Assembly: GCF_031769215.1 (NCBI RefSeq) | Contig: NW_026781864.1 | Span: forward strand, 806,001 to 870,000 | From: Ylistrum balloti | Taxonomy: Eukaryota | DNA: 64,000 bases | Direction of reading: 5' to 3' | Shown: piece by piece, positions 1 through 14,183 of the stretch | Layout of the letters: the number at the start of each line of letters is the position of its first letter | How positions within the stretch are numbered: the stretch's first letter is position 1 | The notes under the pieces: generated by a model | The model's database searches: none | Seen by the model: the letters and a program-made list of their open reading frames with translations, nothing else | What the model was told of the DNA's origin: nothing | Translations under genes and position numbers: made by a program

Positions 1-1855
1 ATTCATGTGAATATGAGTCAATCCAAGTATGTACTGTTACGTTTCCGAATTAGAACAAGTTTTAACAACAACGGAACCCCAAGGCATACTTAGAAGTGTC
101 AAACATCTAGAACATAACAAGATAACGTGTCTTTAATTCAAATTGTACGAAAATATAAGAAGGCCATCAGTAATTTGCTTCGTACATACCAACTTCATAT
201 GATATTGCTAAGATTTGTTGTTTTGTCTGCAAGTCATTTAGGGACCATGTTTATGAAGGTTTTTGATGCGTGTTAGTATGCCTGGTGGTTCCTTTGTTTT
301 TCACATTGTGTCCTTGATTATTTCTTGTTGATATTAACTATATGAGTTTAAGCCCCAAAATAATGTAGACAAAAACTGAATAAATTTAGTTCCCAATACA
401 TGCATGTAATCATAATCTAAATTCGATATACTGAATGACAAAAAGCTAGATTTATCTGGCCTTTCATGAAAAAATACAAGGACAATAAGACCGGGTGTTC
501 CGGAAGAGTAACGTCATCTGTTTTTAAGCGAGGCAAAAGAAGGAATAAATTTGCATTTGAAGAAAATGCATAAGGATTCAAAATCAAGTATTCAGTTTAA
601 ATCAGAGCATATTTCACGTTCCATCTTCATGACGAGCAAATCAGCTGATAACTCAGACCAAACCCAAAACATCAATAAGCAGCGACAAATCAAGCTGGTG
701 ATGAAATAAAATAATATCGTCATGAACTACAACAAATTTAGTTGTCAATGTGATATCGTAAGCTACAGTAGATTTGGTAGTCAATATAATGTTGATATAA
801 TCTACAATAAGTTTAGTTGTCAATATCGTGTTAACAGATTTATAACACATTCAGCTGTCGTTATAAGATAAACATATGCATGACTCATTACCGAAGAGAC
901 ATCCACAGTCAATGTAGATATAGACATATTAACATTTATGTTGCAGGATAATCGTTATTGAGTACTGATAAGAGCAGCTGATTTATAAACATAATGTTTC
1001 AAACCAAAAACCGTCTCTCTCATCTTTCAGTCTTAATGAAAATCGATTTTGGCATGACTTCCTATTCAAATCGTAACGAGAATTTCTTAAAAGTTGCCAT
1101 TTGACGTTAGTCGTCGAACATGTAACAATAGAAACATTGATCCCGTAACAACAACACGACTGCCCCACCATGTGGTAAAGTCTTTTGGCATTGAAACTTC
1201 CCTGGGATCTGAATTGTTAACTTGAATGTGAGAATCAAGTGAATTGTTTTATCCGAAACACGAAAATAACACCCAGTATAATCCTTGTTTTTTGTGTTAT
1301 GCTTTTGTGTGTGTTTTTAAAATATTGCTCTGTGTATTTTTGCTTGAAATTGGAACGTCATCGTCATCAACCCCACCCTTACATACCCAACAAAACATAA
1401 GGAAGTCAGACTGTATGAATTCCACCCAAAATGCATCATTTTTGCTCTATCATAAATAGTGTAATATTTGCTGGGAATGGATGCCTTATTAAAGTATATA
1501 TTACAGAACTCGTTCTGTTAGTGCTACAGTTACAAGCCCCTGAAGGTACGTGTAGTGGTTTTTATAAAGTAGAATGGTAGCAATATGCTATACCCTTATT
1601 TTGCATCAATTCTTAGAAGCGTCAGGCTTGAATGTCAATAATTCTAACAGAGTACTCGAGATTTTCCCCAATAACAATGCCGCCTAGATGTCTCGGCTCT
1701 GTCTGCTAAACAAATAAACGCCAGCCAGGTATTTTGTTTGAAGTGCCGACCCACAGGTAAGAAAATCAATTAGTCTAGGAGGTTATCTGATCACAATTAG
1801 CAAATTTGTATCAAATGACTGCCGATATGGACAATTATAGAAATTCTTCACTCAC

Positions 1856-1943
1856 CCAATTCCTTTAGGACTTCATCAAAATTCTCACTTCTATCCAGTT
1901 TCCATTTTCCACCTAATTCTGCACGTATTTCCTCCAGAGCCAT
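1856..1943 (-). CDS. Fatty-acid-binding protein (FABP/lipocalin-like), coding exon 1, copy B; remaining exons not found in window (presumably left of position 1)
   Basis: ATG at 1943 reads MALEEIRAELGGKWKLDRSENFDEVLKELG, the FABP N-terminal GxWxL..SENFDE..K.LG motif. It ends in phase 1 at a GTGAGT donor (1855), the usual FABP intron-1 position. TATAAATA lies at 1996-2003 on the minus strand. Confidence 0.85.
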
Positions 1944-1995
1944 TTTGGAACGTTTTACAATGATCGATGTTAAGAGTTGTTAAATCCCTTTTAAG

Positions 1996-2003
1996 TATTT
2001 ATA
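1996..2003 (-). promoter_or_regulatory. TATA box upstream of FABP exon 1 copy B
   Basis: TATAAATA about 55 nt upstream of the ATG at 1943. Confidence 0.45.
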
Positions 2004-4623
2004 ACCAAACGCTCTTTTATGAAGCAGGCGATAAGGTCTCTTTTGATTTTCTGTAACTCACAGATTTGTTATAAGTTGCACGCGAGAATTGCAGACGACA
2101 GATGTCGATTTCAGAGAATTATCCCACAAGAAATATCGCGGGAACCTGCATTTACGCCAGACGACAGATTAATGTCTGAATAGTATACGTAGACGAGAAC
2201 AAACAGCAGAGTTGATATGGATCCTGTGTCGTTACAGAATTACAATAAAGTCTAGTTGACACATAGATGTAAAATTCAAATCTCGGTGTCACTTATTCTG
2301 TAATTATCTTCTGTATTGCATTGCAGCTAGCGCTTAACATTTGAACCGTAAGTATATGATTTAGTTCTCGGTTTCATATGTCAATCACAGATGAAGTAAT
2401 GTCACAGGGTGAATATGCTTATCATTCTAAATACGTTAATCCCATTGTGACAAATCATGACAAAAATCCGTACATCCGTTAATATCGTCCTGTCATTAAC
2501 TCACGTATCTGTAGATACTGATGTCAATGCCGACCTTAGTGAGACACAATATTAGCACTCCTTAAACAATTAGACAAAAGCTGGCATCATCACCAAGTAT
2601 TGTAGTAAAAGGTGATAGAACACGAACAGGTACAAATACTACAAACGCACACTTGTGTGATGCAAAACATGCGAAACAGGTACACTATTCCACAATCCCA
2701 CAGCTAATTAAATGTACTTGATATGACGTTCACATAGACCAGATTTGTACTAAAAGACTCTGTTTTCACCGGAGAGAATCTCGTAACATGTTCGCTTACA
2801 TAACGTGCACGCAATGTAACGTATCTACTGAGATTTGGGGCCGAGGAGGGGTTACATGAGGTGCTACACAATGTGTGGTGTATGTAGGTAAGACCTACTC
2901 CAAGGGACCTTATACTACAGTAATCATTCAGCTGGAAAGTTTCATGGGGAGATAGAAAATTTTAGATAGCTTTAGATATACGAAGGTCTCTTGAACAATT
3001 CAAAAGAAAGTATTCGGTATCAAAGTAGATAAATAGTGAAATAGTTGAATGTCGAATTCATGAAATTTCATGACATTTCATTTAAATATTTTAATATCAC
3101 AGTTATATCATAAAATTGATCATGGACGGAGCTAAAGACCGTAGTGGATGCTGTCTGTACAGATCCAGTCTTGACCTTGGAATCAATCTTCCTCGCATGT
3201 CCCGATGAATTATTCATTCAAGGGGAAGAAAATATCCTGAGCATAGCCGAGACTATATTAGCAATCATGAAAACGAGCTAAAAATCTGGAGTGCAGAATT
3301 TTGGATGAAGGCAAGTTGACAATGAAAATATATTGGGAAAATATAAAACATTATTTTTGTGGTTTTTTGAGCATGTATATACGGTTTCACCAATATATTT
3401 GATGGTGGCCCTGAAGGAGAGACCAGTAACCCATGGAAGCCTCTATCAGAAGCTCAAATGTGATTCCCGCTCTAGAGAACCTTCAAAAATGATCCTGTAA
3501 ATGCTTTCGTCGATACAGTAGTGTGCTACCAGGTAGGTAATATAAACAACAAGAAAAATACCAATAGGAAAATATTGTACAAAAGACACACACATGCATA
3601 GCAGAGTCATAATTAAAAAGTCAATCTTGATAAAAAGATGCCAAAATATGAACAAAAGAAATATTTACACGTGAAAAAGTTGTACAAGGCTAGGTGTTCC
3701 TAAATCGTAGACCTGTAGGCTATTACTTGGTGAAGTTGCTTCAAGCGAACTGTGATCTAATCATATCTCTTTTTTTAAATACGGAACGTTTACTTTTTAA
3801 TTAGATAACAGAATCAGTCATTTCATTCAATCATTCAATCTTCATGTAAATCTTAGAGCTGTGTGTATTTGCTTTTATTTTAAATTTTGAGTTTGAATTT
3901 ATGTTTTGTTAATATGTTGGCATTGTTTTATCGTTATTTTAACCGACGATTCGAGAGCATCACCAAACCAACATACGGTACTTTACTCAATAATGCCATG
4001 TATGATACTTCAATCGAATACCTGGAACATTCGATACCAGGCCAATGATACCGGTAGTTACGCTTTACACAGATCCCAAAAACTATTTAAATTGTAGTTC
4101 AATATTTTGATAAACCAATCTAGGCTCTTTCACATCATATAACAGCGGTATTCAAATTGTAAATTTATCCCTAAGTTTATTTTCCCCTTATCATCGCTTC
4201 TAATCTAAATGCTTCATCAGTTTACACTTGAAATTATCAAGGCGACTACACAAGATCATTACGGAAATTCACTCCCAGTGATTAGCAGGACACTACAAAT
4301 ATGTAAACTAGGCGTCTCGTCGGTATAAGCGATAAGAATGGAAGGAACCAGATATATAGCACATGAAACTTTGCAGCAATAGAATAAATATTAGCAACAA
4401 AAACGTATCGATGGGTCAAAGAATCTTCTAAATGATTCAAAATATAAATTGCAAAATAGAAATTATTAATATGAACAAATTAAATATTTATATTGAGTTC
4501 CTTGGTCGGATCGTAGAAGATGACAAATTTTGTGGAAGGGTAAGAGTTTTCTGCTTCAGTCGTGGCTCCTGTCGTTTTAATTGTCATTATTGTATGAATA
4601 TACACACAAGTAAGTAGTACATT

Positions 4624-4900
4624 TCAATACAAATTTAAAATTACATACAGAAGACATCTTTTTACTGATACCGTAAAGGAAAATTTGTATATCGAAGTCA
4701 CTGCGATATGTAAACGCCATATAGAAGCACGCATGTTTCTACCTAGAAATGGTAAATTCACAATACGGATATTGGAATCATCGCGCTTATCATGCAACTT
4801 AATGGAAAGCTGTTGGTTGCGTTGAATGATCGAGATAATGAAGGAAAGTCGTGACCTTGAATTCAATCTCTGGTGGTTATATAATATAGACTTAGTCAAA
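4624..4900 (-). mobile_element. Penelope-like retroelement fragment (RT C-terminal region)
   Basis: KLHDKRDDSNIRIVNLPFLGRN resembles the PLE motif KLYDKRDDFNF.IVNFPF..SN. Confidence 0.7.
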
Positions 4901-5300
4901 TATTATTTCTTTTGTTGATCAAAGACAATACATCATCAACTAATCTAAAGGTGAAATTAAAGGACTTCAGAACTATGATACAATGGAGATGAATGTGAAT
5001 TCCTCGTTTATTTCATTTTCTGTCGTTATTTTTGTAAAAATGACATCCCTCGTGGTAATTTTGTGAAATGTATACATTTATGTTGTAGGAAAAGAGATTA
5101 TGTGGTACTGTAAAAACTACATTCAGGTCCGTCCATTGAAATAAGGTAATGATTTTATATGGTTAGTGTAGGTTGTTAATAAGACACATACCACAACAAA
5201 ACGATGGCTAAAGTAAGTGTACTGAAGGAGAAAATTAATTTAATGATTCATATCATATAACTATTCTGTTATCATGGCACACGGCCATGTCCTTAACACC

Positions 5301-6925
5301 GTAAGACACATGTAATAACACTATTGTGATGTCATAGGTATTGTAAGACACGTGTAATAACACTATTGTGATGTCATAGGTATTGTAAGACACATGTAAT
5401 AACACTATTGTGATGTCATAGGTATTGTAAGACACATGTAATAACACTATTGTGACGCCATAAATATCGTAAGACACATGTAATAACACTATTGTGATGT
5501 CATAGGTATTGTAAGACACGTGTAATAACACTATTGTGATGTCATAGGTATTGTAAGACACGTGTAATAACACTATTGTGATGTCATAGGTATTGTAAGA
5601 CACATGTAATAACACTATTGTGATGTCATAGGTATTGTAAGACACGTGTAATAACACTATTGTGATGTCATAGGTATTGTAAGACACATGTAATAACACT
5701 ATTGTGATGTCATAGGTATTGTAAGACACGTGTAATAACACTATTGTGATGTCATAGGTATTGTAAGACACGTGTAATAACACTATTGTGATGTCATAGG
5801 TATTGTAAGACACGTGTAATAACACTATTGTGATGTCATAGGTATTGTAAGACACGTGTAATAACACTATTGTGATGTCATAGGTATTGTAAGACACATG
5901 TAATAACACTATTGTGACGCCATAAATATCGTAAGACACGTGTAATAACACTATTGTGATGTCATAGGTATTGTAAGACACGTGTAATAACACTATTGTG
6001 ATGTCATAGGTATTGTAAGACACGTGTAATAACACTATTGTGATGTCATAGGTATTGTAAGACACGTGTAATAACACTATTGTGATGTCATAGGTATTGT
6101 AAGACACATGTAATAACACTGTTGTGATGTCATAGGTATTGTAAGACACGTGTAATAACACTATTGTGATATCATAGGTATTGTAAGACACATGTAATAA
6201 CACTATTGTGATGTCATAGGTATTGTAAGACACATGTAATAACACTATTGTGACGCCATAAATATCGTAAGACACATGTAATAACACTATTGTGATGTCA
6301 TAGGTATTGTAAGACACGTGTAATAACACTATTGTGATGTCATAGGTATTGTAAGACACATGTAATAACACTATTGTGACGCCATAAATATCGTAAGACA
6401 CGTGTAATAACACTATTGTGATGTAATAGGTATTGTAAGACACGTGTAATAACACTATTGTGATGTCATAGGTATTGTAAGACACGTGTAATAACACTAT
6501 CGTGATGTCATAGGTATTGTAAGACACGTGTAATAACACTATTGTGATGTCATAGGTATTGTAAGACACGTGTAATAACACTATCGTGATGTCATAGGTA
6601 TTGTAAGACACGTGTAATAACACTATTGTGATGTCATAGGTATTGTAAGACACGTGTAATAACACTATTGTGATGTCATAGGTATTGTAAGACACATGTA
6701 ATAACACTATTGTGATGTCATAGGTATTGTAAGACACGTGTAATAACACTATTGTGATGTCATAGGTATTGTAAGACACGTGTAATAACACTATTGTGAC
6801 GCCATAAATATCGTAAGACACGTGTAATAACACTTTTGTGATGTCATAGGTATTGTAAGACACATGTAATAACACTATTGTAACGCCATAAATATCGTAA
6901 GACACGTGTAATAACACTATTGTGA
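5301..6925. repeat. 42-bp minisatellite, ~39 copies, two interspersed unit variants
   Basis: Unit GTAAGACAC(A/G)TGTAATAACACTATTGTGATGTCATAGGTATT; variant ends ..GTGACGCCATAAATATC. Explains the 558-aa repetitive ORF. Confidence 0.97.
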
Positions 6926-9097
6926 ACACCTGGTCTTATTATCGTCGTACTTTTTCGGGAGTCTCCGTGTAAATATTTCCTTTGATAACATTTTCCCCTA
7001 ATTTCATTGAATTTGAGGTTGGATTAAAATTTGTATTTTCTTGTTGTTAGGAAAAGTTGAAACATTCATTATGTTGAATAGTGTACTAAGGAAACAGATA
7101 ATTATCAGATAATTTATCAGTTAATGATACGAATTATATATATAAGGACATCTCATTTTATCAAGTTATTTTATTTGGTCTTTAGGTACATCTAAATGTG
7201 TATGCTTGAAACAAAGTAATTTCGTTTTAATCTACCGTATCTATTTAGACTAGATAAACGTAGATAATACTTTGTATAATATCTATTTTTCTGTTCTTTT
7301 TCTAAGATGATTCCTTTTAAACAATTTTTCTACTGTCCTATTTATATTTACATGAATGCGCTACAATCTCTACAGTCTCTAACGATCGGTTTATTGATTC
7401 ATTTATTTATTGGTTCATCTGTTCATTGATTTATCTATTTATGTATTTATCTATTCATTTATTCCCACCAGATTTATTTGCGAATTGTAATTAAAAAAAA
7501 AAGAGAAACATAGCATACGTTAAGCAACTAAAATAAAAATAAGGTCGTCGAAATAAAACCGACATGCTGTACATGACCTACTCGTTGAAATGCATATTAC
7601 AGACTATGGGATACAACAGTGTGATAATACTACAAAACCATCAAGCTTTGTCAAGCATACATGACTTGAGGCATAAACAAGGACGTATTTTCGGCACATT
7701 TTTATCAGTTTACACTCCACGAGCAATTATTTCAATGGGAGTACTTGACATGGAGTGTATAAATTACTACTGATGTGGAAACAGTAGAGGTAACTCATTG
7801 TAATAGATGAAACGCTAGTAATAAACACATCAGACTAGAACGTATACAGTCCTGCGGGACAGCACTTCCACTTGATGCCATGGTTGATGTTAACTATATA
7901 TATACTATTACCCTTGATGTTCGAAATATAATCTTACCCCAAACTCCAAACAACTATTCTAAAGAAAATTTTATTGATTGGTTGAAGAACTGATTGAATG
8001 TTGCTAAGTTGCTTGGTACAAGATGTGATTGCTTGGTACAAATTATTGACTGTTTGGTACAAGATGTGATTGCTTGGTACAAAGTTGGTACAAATTGCTG
8101 ACTGTTTGTGATAGATGCGATTGCTTAGTAAAAAGTATAAAGATGTCTGCTTTGTTACATTGATTGATATAAGTGGTTATTTAGTAGTCACAAGTATGCC
8201 AGCAACAGAGCATTGTATCATCTAGCAAAGATTGGCACCAGTGACGATTTCGTGCACAAGTGACGATTTTGAAGCCATTGAAGATTTTGTGCACCTGGAA
8301 ATCATTCCTTTTCTGACTCGAGATTTGAGAACGAATTCATGTCATGAAATGACAGATTTGAACGTTCGTGTATCAGTATTTTCACTACTTTATGCTGGTT
8401 CTAGTGAACATTTAAATCTTAAAAGATATGGTTTGATTAATGATCTTTTACAAGGTTGGTCCCTTTAGTAAAACAAATGGTTCAATTTTAAAAACAACTT
8501 TACATGTTATTCCCATAGTCTCCCTTCTATGTACCCTTCACGTCTACCTTTTCACAAGAAATTCATTTAAGAATAACGCTATTTAGCCTCAGTTGATCTC
8601 AATAACCCGCCTTAGCGTGCCAGACCCCCGTGATAATATAATTGCTACACTTCTTGATCACCGCCACGCTTCGTTAAACTCAATCCATACTACAATAATA
8701 TCATTAGTTCCATACCGCCCTGATGCGTCTCGTTAAATGTAACCTGATTTTCAAGAAATGATTACACAAAGGATTGTATCGGTAAGAGGCATCATATGGA
8801 CCCTCGATGAAACGATATCTTAATATGACAGCCATCTTATGTTAAAGAACGGAACAGTTTTGTTGTTGACGGCTGCTTGTGATACAGTCAATGGTGTTTA
8901 GTCTGAATAAAAATTTATCTTATTGACGCAATACTGCTATGGATTCAAATTCTATTAAACAAGACCAAATATGAACAAGAAACGCCAAGAAAATACCCAC
9001 GTGACAATATAACTCAAACTCAAATTCCATGAAATGAAGACAAAATATTAACAAAAGTAAGATTTTTACAGAGACCTCTAAAAATTACAAGGAGAAT

Positions 9098-9155
9098 AAA
9101 CCAGATGTTCCGGAGGGGTAAGTGACTTCTGCTTCATTGACGACATCCGCCATGT
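9098..9155 (+). repeat. Dispersed repeat (Penelope-associated terminal motif); related copies at ~488-520, ~20775-20830, ~36718-36780 and inverted at ~10858-10925
   Basis: Shared ACC(A/G)G(G/A)TG.TCCGGA.GGGTAAG...TTCTGCTTC...GAC(G)ACATCCG core visible at these positions. Confidence 0.6.
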
Positions 9156-10599
9156 CCTATACCAGATTATGATTACTCAGAGTGCTCAAAACAGAGTTCG
9201 AGTAACTAGTACTGTAAAAATATTTCTGTGGGTCTCAGTTTTCGTGGATAGATGTAGCTATAAAATCTGCTTACACTTATTTTACCATAGTTCGCAAATA
9301 CATGAATTTTTTAATTAAAAACATCCGCGAAATCAATAAAAAAATTCCCCACAAAAATTAACGATTTACGATAGCTCATATTATCTTTAAAGCGTGTAGG
9401 TAATCATATATGATGCCCTACTGAGAGTATGTTTTAAGTTTTTTTTAATTACTGTTAATAAGTATTATTTTGTTATAGTGTTGGCAAACTGAAATACGTT
9501 TTCCGAACACATTTTATTATACTGCTGTCGAATGCACAGCTATGTGATTTACCTTTACAATATGAAAAGATTTATCCGGCTGTATAGCATGATGTGTTGT
9601 ACTGATGCAGTATAGTACGTGTAGGTGTAGGCTTGTAATATTTCTTCCAACTGAGTCAGGTCAACGGACTTCTTTATAAATACAAAAATATGGAAATCAT
9701 CTCGTGACCAGAATATATTGTCAGATTTAAGAATATCGTTCTTGCTTCTAGTTTGAGCAAATTAATTCAAAATACATAACAAGGCACGAAAGGGAATTTC
9801 AATAGACACCAAGATAAAACAGTTCCCATTTAAAACACTATTGATTTATAATATCACAGTGTCTGTATTGCCAAACGACTCTGTGTGATCCTATAACACC
9901 AATGATGAACGTTTCTTTAATTATTCAATGAAGGAATGTGAATGATCTAACTGGTTGTAATGTATTCAGTTAGTGTTATTCTTATAAACAAAACAGAGGA
10001 TGTATTCTCTTTTATATGAATAATTCTACTTTGCATTTTTGATTATTTATACTCTATCCTTTTTCCCTCGCCGAGAAAAAAGCATTCTCTTCCATTGCTC
10101 AGCAATAACATTGTTTTAGGGTGAATTCAACATATTAGAAATAGTCCATATTATATGTAACACCGCTACAGGTTTTAAGCAACGAGTACTTCTATTGCTA
10201 TTTTAATCAAATATCCTTTCAGTAAGTTAACAGAAATAGAAACGAATGACAGAGGTATTAATACTCCCGGCCATTCCTTTGAAATGTCATCAGCAAACGT
10301 TTCAAAGTTCCGGATGTTCAAATGTACATTTTGACCCCAGGGCTGCGCATAAATACAATGTGCATGTATTGGTAGTTCAACAGGCCTCGAATAAATTTTC
10401 AAGGTTTTTCCATGATGAGCATGTCATAGCTTCTTAGGTTTGTATTGTTTTATGGCAAACCAGCAGTTAAAACAGTTATTTAGGGCCAATCACTTGTTCA
10501 TCATTTGTAATTTTAAGCACCATAGGTCATTTGGCTTCGTAAGTACTGTAACTTACTTAAGACAAGAAAATACCTACATCTTTACAAAATCGTAATTCT

Positions 10600-10925
10600 T
10601 TAGGTACAATGTACTTGTATACTAACGGGCATCCTCAACCTATGGTGCTGACAAACAGACTCACAACACAGCGTTACAATATATGCAGGTTGATGAAAAA
10701 AGAGAAGTTTTACGGTCGTCATAATGATCTTATTGGGAAATATTCTATTTCTTTGTGCGATATGCAACCGGAGTGTTTGATGCTGGTTATTATGCCTGTT
10801 TATCGTGTTCTCGTTTGAGAATACGACATTACTTACTCGGATTGACCAAGGTTTACATAGCGGGTATCGTCAATAAAGCAGAAGAAGCTTACTGTTCCAA
10901 AACACCTGGTCTCAGTCTCGTCACT
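10600..10925 (+). mobile_element. Penelope-like fragment with terminal sequence
   Basis: ..KFYGRHNDLIGKYSISL (PLE motif KFYGRH.DL), followed by GCGGGT..GCTTACT..CACCTGGTC, the reverse complement of the dispersed ACCAGGTG..CCGGA.GGGTAAGC motif. Confidence 0.65.
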
Positions 10926-11139
10926 TCGATCATATCTTCATATTTTGCCCTAATGTTACTGAATTCATGTTTGAATTCTGATTCTATATGTTCATATTCT
11001 TGAAAAATCTGCATCAACCCGCGGTCAAGGGTCTCTTGAAACTCTTGGGGATTATCAGGTTTAACTAGTATTGGGAATGAGTCATTGAATATCATATCGA
11101 TAGCGACATGTAAACATAAGAGGTTTTAGAGGTAGGTTA

Positions 11140-11290
11140 GTTACTATATAGAAATAGGAAATTCACAAATCATCGTGCTTATCATACAGCTCGGTGGAAA
11201 GATGTCCCTATTAGATTCGTTTTATGAAAAGGATCGAGGTAAGATAGCGAATCTCATCTATAGAAACTTGTATAAAAATCTCCCTAAAGG
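11140..11290 (-). mobile_element. Short Penelope-like fragment
   Basis: Minus strand reads GHLSTELYDKHDD. Confidence 0.5.
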
Positions 11291-11699
11291 CACAACTAGA
11301 AGGTGTTGTTAACATTAGTGGGCTATCTCATTAGGTATTCTAATTCAATGATAAAGTTGATTTAGATCTAACAGTGACAACTATACATATATACTGTATA
11401 ACATGTCCAAGTGGTGAATACTGATCATTTAAATATAAAAACTAATTGAATTACAATAGCTTCATGATTTAGCATACACATGTGAATGTACCTGCATTAG
11501 GTTCGAATACCTTAGCACAATGGTCCGTTTCTTAATATACCTAGCTGCTAGTATCCCTAGGCTTGCAGGTGCTCTGTCTCAAAGGGTTGTACATACAATA
11601 AATATACAAGCATATATGAGTTTTCTATAGCTAAGAGGCTAAGACAATTGAAACACCAACCCATGTGCGTACATTATAACTTAAAGGTTTGGGAATACA

Positions 11700-12350
11700 A
11701 TTGATATATTAATCATTGTGAGTACTCAGAGGGTTTCTATATAATTTATATGCTAATCACTGAGTAATTTAACTCATATCAAAGAGTTTCTATATAATTG
11801 ATATATTAATCATTGTGAGTACTCAGAAGACTTCTATATAATTTATATGCTAATCACTGTGAGTAATTTAACTCATATCAAAGAGTTTCTATATAATATA
11901 ATTGAGACTTCTATATAATTGATATGCTTATCACTGTGAGTACTCAGAGGATTTCTATATAATTTATATGCTAATCACTGTGAGTACTCAGAGGATTTCT
12001 ATATAATTGATATGCTAACCACTGTGAGTACTCAGAAGGCTTCTGTATAATTGATATACTAATCACAGTGAGTACTCAGAGGGTTTCCATATGATTGATA
12101 TAATAATACCTGTGAGTACTCAGAGGATTCCTATATAATTGATATACTGGTCACTGTGAGTAATCTAGCTCAGAACGAAGAGTTGTCTTTATAATTGATA
12201 AACGAATCCCTGTGACTTCTCTAGCTCAGACCAGAGGTTTGTTTGTATAGTGAATATACCAGCCCTTGTTAGTACCTTATAGCTCGGAGGGTTGTGAATA
12301 CAACAAGCAAATATATCAGTCCCTGAGAGTACTCTCGCACGGATCAGAGG
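11700..12350. repeat. Degenerate ~44-bp minisatellite
   Basis: Recurrent TATATAATTGATAT(A/G)CTAATCACTGTGAGTACTCAGAGG(G/A)TTTC, containing the TGAGTACTCA palindrome. Confidence 0.85.
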
Positions 12351-14086
12351 GTTGACGTCACAATATTTGTTATAATAATAAAACACAGTATAAAACTACC
12401 TCCCTGTGAATGTTTTTGTTATACAGCCATTGTGATGTTGGTCATACATTTAATAATAGTAAATATTTGATATTTAGGTTATGGTGTTATGGTGATCACT
12501 TCTAGCTGACCATTGTCGTACATATGTTTAACTCTAATTACGACGATAGCACGAGGTGCACGTTATCTTAACTGCTTCCGGTTGATGCTGATTCGGATAT
12601 CACGATTATTGATGACGTATGTCCGTCTAGACGTGTTGCCTTAATGACATAATACACTCCGTGGATGATCATTAACTGTTATTGACAATTTCACGTGAGG
12701 ACAGAAAGTATGATTTTATATGCTACAGATAACATAGTGAATAAGGTATTAATCGATAACATGAAATCGGACAAGTGGTCTCATTACGTTATATTTAAAT
12801 TATGTAATAGTACAAAATAATCAATTGCACTCCATGTATGTGTTGTAAAGCAGGCTCAAGTTACATAATTTTGCTTCAGGCAGTTTACAGACCAACCTAC
12901 ACACACCATATTCATATTGTTATCTCCGATATACAAATGTACTTTCGTCAATGAAATCAATTAATTAAAACAAAACACGGATTTATCAATAGGCTACCTT
13001 TTACTGCAGGTAAACTGGACTTTTAATTGTAATTATAATCAATGCACTTTTGGAAACCACACTAGGGTACATGATATATACAAAGGGTATAATACAACAC
13101 AATGTAAAACAACACGAAGAAGCATCACTCACATCGACTTCAGATCGCTTTAGAAAAACATGTCTATTTGAGATAATTGAGACAAATCAACCTCTTTATA
13201 ACGGTTCAATACCCTAATGTAAGGAACAAGCCCCGAATATCACTTGATGATGGAAGCAGCTTAGCTACTATCTAGAAATGGGAAATTCACAACTGCAATT
13301 CTGCCTTGGTAACGTTATACAATTAAAGGTTGGTGTGTGAGGCTGACGTTGAAGAGTTGGTCTTTCCTTTTCCAAACACAATATCTAATGGACAAGCTCA
13401 ATATAATTCATGTATCTAAAGACAATAATATATCTACAGGTGTAAATGAAGGTTTTAGCAAGGACTTCGTCAGGGTAACACTTTCAGGAAAAAAGGGTCG
13501 GTCAAGAGAGAGAAACATGGGTATTTAAAATTCGTATGCAAATAGCCAATTGGAAAATATTGCCACCCTATCAACGAAGATATTGACAATTTGAAATTTG
13601 ATCAATCACGAGATCTCATCTTGAACAAATTTCTTTATGAAATATTTTTGTTACTACTATTTTTATTTTACAAAGTCATATATTTTCTTCAATTACATTA
13701 AATCGTAGTACAATCATGAGTGAGTTAGTCTCTTCATACCTAACTTCTCGTTAACAAATATCCCTCTAATTGGTTTGGTAAAAAAAAGTCTTCCTTCCTA
13801 GTACAACATTGAGCTCATTAGGTGAGGCGATTTCGGATTTCACTTTGGTGTCTTAATTGAACTAAAAATAAACAAATAAATCGTTTTATTTAACAAAAGA
13901 AAGCAACATTTTAAAATAATGCAAATATATTGAAAATGAAATGATACTGAATGAAAAAAACACGAAATTAAGAAGGATAAAAATAATATTAAAAAAATGA
14001 GAGCAGTTATATGCATTTCATTAAAGAAAATAAAAAGGAACTTAAAATAGAACATTAGTATCATGAATTGGGTCCTCTTTACCTAC

Positions 14087-14183
14087 CCAAGGTTTCCAAG
14101 AATTCGTCGAAATTTTCGCTTCGGTCCAGTGTCCACTTTCCTCCAATTTCTTGTTCAATTTCCTTTAGAACTTCTGCAGACAT
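14087..14183 (-). CDS. Fatty-acid-binding protein (FABP), coding exon 1, copy A
   Basis: ATG at 14183 reads MSAEVLKEIEQEIGGKWTLDRSENFDEFLETLG, ending in phase 1 at a GTAGGT donor (14086). Same motif and phase as the 1856-1943 exon. Confidence 0.85.

Noticed and set aside
5253-6929. 558-aa ORF (TIVLLHVSYNTYDI)n as a protein-coding gene
   Set aside because: Entirely explained by a 42-bp (multiple-of-3) minisatellite; no unique domain, signal peptide or splice support.
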